From the NCBI RefSeq assembly GCF_001194135.2, contig NC_068996.1, forward strand, positions 30,219,610-30,274,112: a stretch of 54,503 nucleotides of DNA. Direction: 5' to 3'. The DNA is from Octopus bimaculoides. Taxonomy: Eukaryota. Below, piece by piece: positions 36,701 to 45,700 of the stretch. The notes beneath the pieces are model-generated. The model searched no databases, was not told the DNA's origin, and was given only the letters and a program-made list of their open reading frames with translations. A program made the translations under genes and the position numbers. Numbering within the stretch: position 1 is the stretch's first letter; every line of letters begins with the position of its first letter.

Positions 36701-39700
36701 TATTGAATAACCTCTCAAATTAGGTACTTAAAAGTGTACAGTAATGCCTCAATATACAAGTTAATTTGTTCCCAGAGGCCACTCATAAGGCAGAGCAATT
36801 ATTTCTCATTGTAGCAATGTTATAAATTGTAATTCATTCCCAGAAACTTATAATACTCATAAATAAATAGCAATAAAACAACAGCAGTGTGTAAAGAATA
36901 TTCTATGTAAAGTAAAAAGAATGTAAAGCTCATTTATAATAAAAAGTATTATTATCACAATTGTTTTTCTGAATCACTTTCACTCACTCTAGACTTGCGC
37001 ACACCATTGCTTGTAGGCACAATCACTGATTCACAAGCACTCACAGCTGGACTTGTAGGTTGCTTTTTTTAAAAAACAAGTCTAGAGTTGTTTGCTTAGA
37101 AGCTTTCTTTTGCTCTCTATAAATTTCTTGGTAACATGCAGAAGCATTTGTTATGGTAGCAGAAACTTCTGCACTTTGTTCAAAACTTGGACCTTGTGGT
37201 TGAAAAAATTTGGCTCAATATATAAAAGTGAGCTGAAAAATTAATCTTGTAAACCCAGGGTCTTGTAAAGCAGGTCCTCGTAAAGTGAGGTATTACTGAA
37301 TTTAAAGATTAGACATGTCACTATAGTCAGTTAGCATAAGATTCTTAGCAGTGCATTTAATTGAAGGATTTACTTCTCAAATGTTTCAATTGAGATGAAG
37401 TACCTGGCTGTGTTACATGTTAGAATATATTATATGGAACTTAATCTAATCTACTATGCTAAGTAACTGATAAGTTGTCTTGTAGAGATAAAGATAGTTA
37501 CAAATAGGTTTAAGTACCTAATTTGAAACTTGCAGGTAATATATAATATAATAATATAGTAATCCAACAAGTCTTGTCAGTAAGCCTGTTTTAATCTCAT
37601 GTTTATACTTATAAAATTTAATATCTATATTTTTTTTTCTGAATATAAAACAAAATTTCCTACTCACATCATTTTTAGCATGCCAGACTTTAATTTCCTT
37701 TTTTAATTCTTCAACTTCTTTAATATTGTTGTTTAATTTACATGTTAAGGCTCCAATTTCATTATCTTTCTCTTCTACTCTGGCTGTAGCCTCAGTCTCT
37801 TGAGTAGATAATTCAGAAGTTAGCCGCATTATTTCAGAATTCTTTTCTCCAAGACTGTAATTATATTTTTTTTTTAATTAATAAACTTGAATAAAAAGAA
37901 TGAATGGAGACAAGTTACTAATTACACACACATCTGTACCCTGCACACACACACATGTACAAAAATATTTAGTAGTGTTTACATATTTTCTAATATTCAT
38001 TTATAGTAGAGTAACTGTTCAAAAGTAAATTTTTAATCATTTAGCAATTTTTGAAAATATTTCCTTACACTTCTGAGGTTATTAAATGTACTTAAAGAAT
38101 AACCAATACAAATAAGTGACTCTTTATTTGAGACAACATCCAGGGCCAATGGCATGATTATATATACACTCAGTCCACTCTGGTAGCCAATGAGAACAGT
38201 GTAACAAAATCTTGACTGGCTTTTCTTGTTACAAGGATAATTAATGAAACAGCACAATACAAGATCTTAAGAGTTAATTTTTATACAAAATACCCCTTTT
38301 GGAGGGCATCCGTGAGAGATTTAAAGCCTTAAATTGATTGAACAGGAATTTAGTTAAGATATAGTACCAGTACATAAAACCAATGGTGTTATATCTATGA
38401 TGAAACATAACAATAGAAGTTTGGAGAAAAAATAACACTCTGTATGGGGAAGGCACAAAAGCTTGGAGGTGCTAAAAAAATTAGGTGAAAATGAGTGATT
38501 TGTAAGGGCTGATTAAACAATGTACAAGAATGTTGCGAGGTTAAAATTAACAAAAAAGTTCATTAAAAAATCTGGCACACAAGTGTTCAATAAGATTTCT
38601 TTTAACCATTTTTATTTGTAGTTCTTAAATAACATTTCAGACTTGATTTACAATCTTAAGGCCTAAAGTCAGCATGCCTAAGATCAATGCTCCAATTTAT
38701 TAATAGAATTCAAACTTAGTGAAAAATGAGCACTGAATAACAAAGATATTCAGATGTTGGACAAGTTATGATTAACTGGATGTTCTATGTAACTTTCATA
38801 AAAAAGGCTAAAGGCTGAAGGCTAAGCATTAAAAGTATAAGCTGAAGTGTGCATAAATGACACTAAACTGGTATGGTCATATGCATGGATAATGGATACG
38901 GAGGAAAAAAGAATCATGTTCTGATGATAGAAGGTATTTGTAGAAGGGAACCAAAGAACATATAGCAAGAATGGTGAGGACAAATCTTGAATGCAATAAA
39001 TGATAATGTGACATAGCAGACCTGTCTACATCTGCAGGAAATGAACAATGAATGCTAAAAAAAATTACAATGGACCTGGCTTTTATCCAAAATATCTTGG
39101 ATACTTTATTTTTGAATTAATTTGCCAAGAACAAGTGCATGCAATAGAGAGAACCAAACTGCTTTTATTACTGTGAAAAGACAATTTTCCACTTATACTA
39201 ACAAAAAAAAAAAAAGACCCTTTGTATTAATGATTTGTCACTTTCAATGTTGCTTATAAAGTAGAATAAACCAACAAGAGCCTTTATAATCAACTGCTAG
39301 AAGTAGCAGCCAAATCTCCCTCAAATCACACCCACTGCGTGAAAAAGAAAGAACACAATTATATCAAAGAAGAAATTTTGACCCACACCAAGAAAAAAAA
39401 TGAAAAAGCATTTAGTAAGAAAATCCAGTCTTGCACTTACATTCGCTCATGTTCAATAAGTGAAATTTTGGTACAAGTAAATTTTTCCTCTTGAACGTCA
39501 CCATTTGGGGCACCAGTTGGATCTTGGCGTTCAAGGGATGCCTCAATTGTTAGAGGATTATTCAGGTGCATATTTGTTTCCAGCAAACGTTTATTTTCCA
39601 TTTTAACTAACTATAAGAAACATATTTCAAGAAAACATTGTAGTTGAAGATGCAATGCATTTAAAGAATGATGATGCAACAAGTTGACAATAACAAAGTA

Positions 39701-42700
39701 AAAGACGATATATGTTCATTCAAAGTGACTGAGTGAATAAGTAAGATAGTTTATACACGAGTACGCATGATTATAAATTTTCAGTTTCTTAATTTTAAAC
39801 CAACTAAATTTTAACTGTACTAGAGTAATAATTGAATATTTAATTTTAAAAAAATATTAATTGCAATATATAAAGTCTATATTTCATGAAGTCTATTTTT
39901 CAAGTAATGACTGATTGCATTAGCAAAGTTATACTGAGTTTCTACTCAGTTTTGGTGTAATAAAAATTTCATACTTCAAGCATCCTTGTACATATGTTTG
40001 CCAAAAATTATTCCTGCTGTTATCTCTCCAGAAATATTGTTTGTGATTTCATGTTTTGATAAAAACTAAAGCACTGTTTTGCAAAACTTTCTCCAATGCT
40101 AATTTTATAAATTTCTACCTTTACCATTTAGATCTATTAACTTGAATCCTTTGCTATAGTCTCTATGCAATCCAGTTTCATCTGGAGCAGTTTTCGAATA
40201 ATGCCACAACTGTGTTTTTCATTAGGAATACCTTTCTGCCTAATGATTAACTAAACAAATTACTTTTGTAGTGCCAAAACAAAGATTTCAGCATTTCCAC
40301 AAACTGTCCTTGAAAAACCTACACCATACCTTGCTGTCATGCTTTACTCAATGTCTTTTACCCAACTTTTATAAATTGCATGCCTATAAATCATTCAATG
40401 ACTTTTAGCTGGCATTTTTTCACAAGAGGAATCATTTCACACTTCTCAACATGTAAGCGACTAGTGAATTACCTTCAGGTAAGCTTTTCCAATTGTTTTT
40501 TTCTGTCCATATCAACTAGATTCTTCTAGCATTATGTTGCACTCAATAAAACTATTAGCCCTACAAGTTCTCAGGAAACTATGACAGTAAATGCAATATA
40601 ATTACCAAAAGTTCTTTTTCAACTTCTTTAATTTTTTCACTGTTGTCAGCATCCTAATTAGGAAAAAAGAAAAATTAGAAATTAGTTTCATTTCTGAAAT
40701 TTGAAGATTAAATAAGATGCAAGTTTACAGTCCTAAATATCAGTTTAATATTTTTGAAAAGAGTATATATTAAGAAAATTTTCAAAATTATCTTTCAAAA
40801 TTTGGAATTCTTAAAAATAGAGAATTTATGTCAGCTTAAAGAAGCAACATTCAGAAAAAAAAATACAAAAATAAAAAAAGTTTATTTACCTTATTTTCTA
40901 TTTCTTTATACAGGTCTTTCAACTGGATATTGAATGAAGCACACTGTTTTTCAGCCTGAGTTAAAGCATCATTGAGTTTGCTATTTTCTACACTTAATCT
41001 TGATTTATCATTTTGCAAATTTTTATGAGAAATTTGAAGTTCTTTCAGTCTCTTTGAATTTGATTCATTTTTAATCTGGAGGTAAAAATATACATTTATA
41101 TTAAGTACTTCAAAAAGCTGCATTCAAATGATTGAATAAATGAAACAAAGTTTCATTCAATGTGAAAACATCCCTCCTATTAGATAACTGAAACATATTT
41201 AACAATACATTTACCAAAAATTAAATTAAATCAAAGAGGACTATTTTTCTATATATGTGGTCAGTATTTGAATGCATTTTGCACTACTATTGCAAGATAT
41301 AGTTATCCTCATTCTTAGAAAACAGTTAGCTTTAGTATTAAAAATTGTTGCGATTGTATAGCACTAAGATATAGACAAATTTTTAGTTAGTTTTAAAACT
41401 GCTTGGTTCATCTCAAACTAGAAAATACTTTGTACACAATTTATAATGACTCCCTTTGTTCATGAAGGACTATGGTATTGCACCTAGAAAGTTCACCAAG
41501 GCACAAGTTTGGATAAGGTTGTTTATGGAAGATCAGCAGTCACCCTTGCATACCAGCCTCCCCTCACCACACCACCGATGTTACCCAAGAGAAGGGCAAA
41601 GGCCAATACAGCTTGGTACCAGTGATGTTGCAACTTATATCTACAGCTGAATGAACTGGAGTAATGTGAAATAGTGTCTTGCTCAAGAACAGAACACACA
41701 GCCCAGTCCAGGAATCAATCTCACTACCTCATGATTGTGAGCACAATGCCCTAACCACTGAGCTATGCACTCAGCTCATATTATCTTCATTACTATAGAA
41801 AGGATTTCCCTGTATCTAACATGAGTTACTGGAGTGATAATGTAGATGTGCTACACTTAATTTTTATACTTTTAGTGTCCTGTTTGCATATTGCTTTTGT
41901 AGCTATGCTTGATTAAACTGTAAATAGTACTGCACAAGCTGAGTTACCTCACTAGTAATAGTGCCACAAAATGAAGCCACAACACTATAAAATGGTTGAT
42001 GAACAAGATGAGACAACATAGGCTCAAGAAAACCCTTGAGTCTTATTGGGATATGACAATCTCTAGTGCTGATACCATGATAAAACGCATCCAGTGACAG
42101 AAACCAAATAAAAAATTAAATGTGTGAGTGAGACAGTTTGTCTAGGAGTGTAGTAACTTCAAATAAGAGCCAGACTGATACATCCAGTCCATACCATCAT
42201 GGAAAGCAGAAATACTTTCAAATAAACAACCTTGTTTGATATACTGTGTATATATGAACATTTGTAAATGTGGCAAATTGTAGCTTAGATCATGTATGCC
42301 TTTGTTTCCTAAACCTTGTTTCTATGCCTTTTAGTAGAAAATAAAGAGAAAAAGAGTTAGAGGAAAAGCAAAATAAAAGTATCACTTATGCTTGAAGCAT
42401 CAGAAACTCTATAATGCAATTATGCTTATTGCATTTTGTTTTTGTGTCAAATGATTACATTTTGCAAAGCATGTTTATTCAATTAGCATATATCTAAGTT
42501 GATAAAAGCATATTTATTCTGCTTAGTAATTAGCTAAAATGTTTAGAGTTCATAGTTTCAATAGCTTAAAGTACTAATGATTATACACAATAATATCAAT
42601 GAAGCAAACTATTAAAAAAATGACGATAACTAATTTTTTGGTGGTTGCATTTATTGGCAAGAGTGATAGCTAGTAAGTAGTACAGAATAAAATTCCTTGC

Positions 42701-45700
42701 AAGAGCTTTACATAACTAAAGGGATCTTAGCAGAAATAATTAGAAAAGTATTTCAATTTGCAAGATGATATTTCATAGTTTGTTTTGTTTTCCTTCAAGA
42801 TTTGAACTTCGGTCAACACTACATCATCTGTGTATATCATTATCTTATGATACTATCAATAACGAGTGCTTTAATAACCAGTAAGGTAAATTTTTCTCAG
42901 TTTACTCTGCTTTAGATGTTAATCTGCATTGTTTTGCCATTATAGCAAAGCTAAGTTATACAAAAAAAAATTTAAAACCTCTCAGTATTTGATATTATAC
43001 ATGCATCCATGCTTACAGTGGTAATTACTGAAAACCATTATCAAATTTTTCAAAGTTGAATTTGAATGTTGCTTGAGTATTATTTCTTACTTTCTCAGCT
43101 TCTAGTTCCTTTATTCTCAGTTCAGATTTAGCTTTAAATTTCTCAGAAATTTCAAGCCTTCTGGAGTTTTTATCAAGTTCTTCTTCCAAAATATGAACTT
43201 TTTGTTCTAATTTCTTCTCTTCTGAATTATCAACACTAAAAACAATCAAGTAAAATTCAATCACAAAGAGAGATGTACAAAAAAAAAAAAAAAAGAAAAA
43301 AGTGAATTTAAAAGATAAATTACTTTAGGAAAATTGTTTAACAACTAATACTTTGAATGAAGCAATAAACCAATAGCGTAAATCTAGACTGAAAGCAATC
43401 TTCTCCATGTTAACATTTATAAGTAAGAAATCAATCAATAAATAAATGGACTACTAAAATTTATAAACAATTGTTCATAAGTATTTGTGAATAATACTTT
43501 TAGTTTATCCATATGTAAATTAAAAATGCTATTAGAATATTTTTCACATCTAATTTTGTGGTTTCCATGACATCTTGAATCTAACAAAAGTCTCAAAATC
43601 ATTTAAAAATACAAATTTTGATTAAAAAATAGCAAATATTCACAATTCAATCTATTGTGTGGAAACTTTAGTGCTTTATTCAGAACTGCTAACTATAATC
43701 AAATACCTGGCTAATAATTTTTCTTTCAATTTATTTCAATTATATCCATTTTTCCAATGTTTTGAGTATCAAGTAAAACAATTACAGTTGTATTTAAAAC
43801 TTTTGTACAAATGTTAACAGTAACTTACACAGGTTTGGGAGGGGGTCTCTTTAAAATGTTATTCTCCTAAGAAGGAAAAAGAGAAAATGTTTTATAGTAT
43901 ATTTTTAGCACAATGCTTCAGTAACAGAGTTTTAAGAATGAAAACTGACATTACTACATTCAGACCTAAACTTAAACCTTACCATTTGGTCCTTTTCATT
44001 AAAAATTAACTATTGTTAATAACATACAGCAGAATGGTCAAGTATAATAGATGAATTAAGCTCACAGCCATCTACTTCTACAATTTCCTTTTGATTTCCA
44101 TTAGTAGCCATGTAACTGTAGTTTATTTCATTTGAACAGAATGTTGTAAAAAGCACAATGCATACATAAATCAGAGGCCTTATTTAAGCTTAATCAAAAG
44201 AAATCAGTAATATAGTAACCAAATCGATTTTAAAATGTATCCACTCTTCTATCATCAAGTCGTTAAACTTAGATAATTACAAGTGCAGGAATAGTTGTGA
44301 AATATTTTGGGTAAGTATCTTCTACTATAGAACCAGGCTGACAAATGCTGTGTGTGTATGTTTAGTAGACAAAAACTAAGTAGCTTGTCTTACATAAATG
44401 TGTGTGTGTTACTGAATGTTGATATTTCATGTGCAAAAATGTTTATAGTCCTTGTTGACACCATGATCAATCATTCTGCATTTTCAAAACCCTGTGAAAT
44501 AAGAAATCCCTTCCTTCTAAAACAAAGGTTGATAACAGGAAAAGCATCCAGCTGTAAAAGCTTGCCTCAAATACATCCATGCTAGCAAATTAAATAAATG
44601 AACATGTGAATTAAAATATTCTTAACTGAATATGAATATAAATTTTCAAAGTTTGGCATAACAGAAAAGTGACATAAAAATATGTAACAAATTATCTAAA
44701 TCAAAAGGAAAAAGAAAGATTTTCTATAACTGCTAGTTATATACAAACTGACTTATGGCTAATCTTAATTTGTTTGGTAGAAAATATTAAAATTAACCAG
44801 AACTGTAAAGTAGTTGCTTGGTAGAGTTATAAGAACAGACAAAATGTTTCTGACATTTACCTATGGTCTTTATGTACTAGATTCAAATGTTGCAGTCAAC
44901 ACTGCCTTTCATTCTACCTCAATCAATAAAGTACCAGTTAAGAACTACTGGAGTCGATCTAATATTCCTATAAAGCATTCTAAATATGAATGGAATTATA
45001 GTAGATGATAACTAACCTCAATAATTTTCTGATATTTCACCTTGTTGTTCTTGATTTGATTGGAGAGTTGATTAACCTTCTGATTTAAGTTTTCTTCAGT
45101 CTTTCTTTTTTGCTCTTGCAACTTTTCATTTTGAATACGAAGTTTTTGACACTCTTCTTCGTGTTGTTTCGCATCTTTACATGACTGTAATTTGATTCTA
45201 GATAATTCTTGTTCAATTTTCTCTTTTTCATAGTTAACTAAGAGACAAAAAAATAAAAACTGCAGAAGTTTAAAGAAACAGAAATGTCTTTTTCGAAAAA
45301 CAAGAATCTAACAAGACAACACTTTGATTCAAGATATTTAGTTTGTAAAATTAAGGTATTCTTTTCATAAAAGTACATAAATTTTGCTGTTCTTCTCCTA
45401 CTTGGCAGCAATCATTGATAATTGTAGTCATTCTCCCTGAAATCACACCTTTTTGTATGAAAATTTTTTTGAAATTATAAACAGAAACAAATTTCAGATT
45501 CAGACTGTATTTTAAAACTGATTAAAAATTAATTTGGAAAAATAGCTGAAATTTTAGGATTGGGGTGGAAGTGGGGAGAATCACTTTTAAAATTTCACTA
45601 TTGAATTGGGGATTATAATGGTGATTGATGATTTCCAAACTTTTTCTTTCAAGGCTCCTCCCATTGTTTTTACATATATAGTGCAGAAAAACACATTGGC

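Noticed and set aside
40473-40525. Extra host exon between G and H
   Set aside because: The 53-nt candidate has an in-frame TGA and a weak acceptor, and lies in what looks like decayed LINE sequence.
41690-41770. tRNA genes (also at 18330-18410 and 33868-33906)
   Set aside because: Only A/B-box-like heads followed by SINE bodies; no complete cloverleaf could be formed.
44066-44115. Extra host exon (YMATNGNQKEIVEVDG, gtgag donor)
   Set aside because: It is open only as phase 2-1, which is incompatible with flanking exons D (ends phase 0) and E, and its acceptor is poor.
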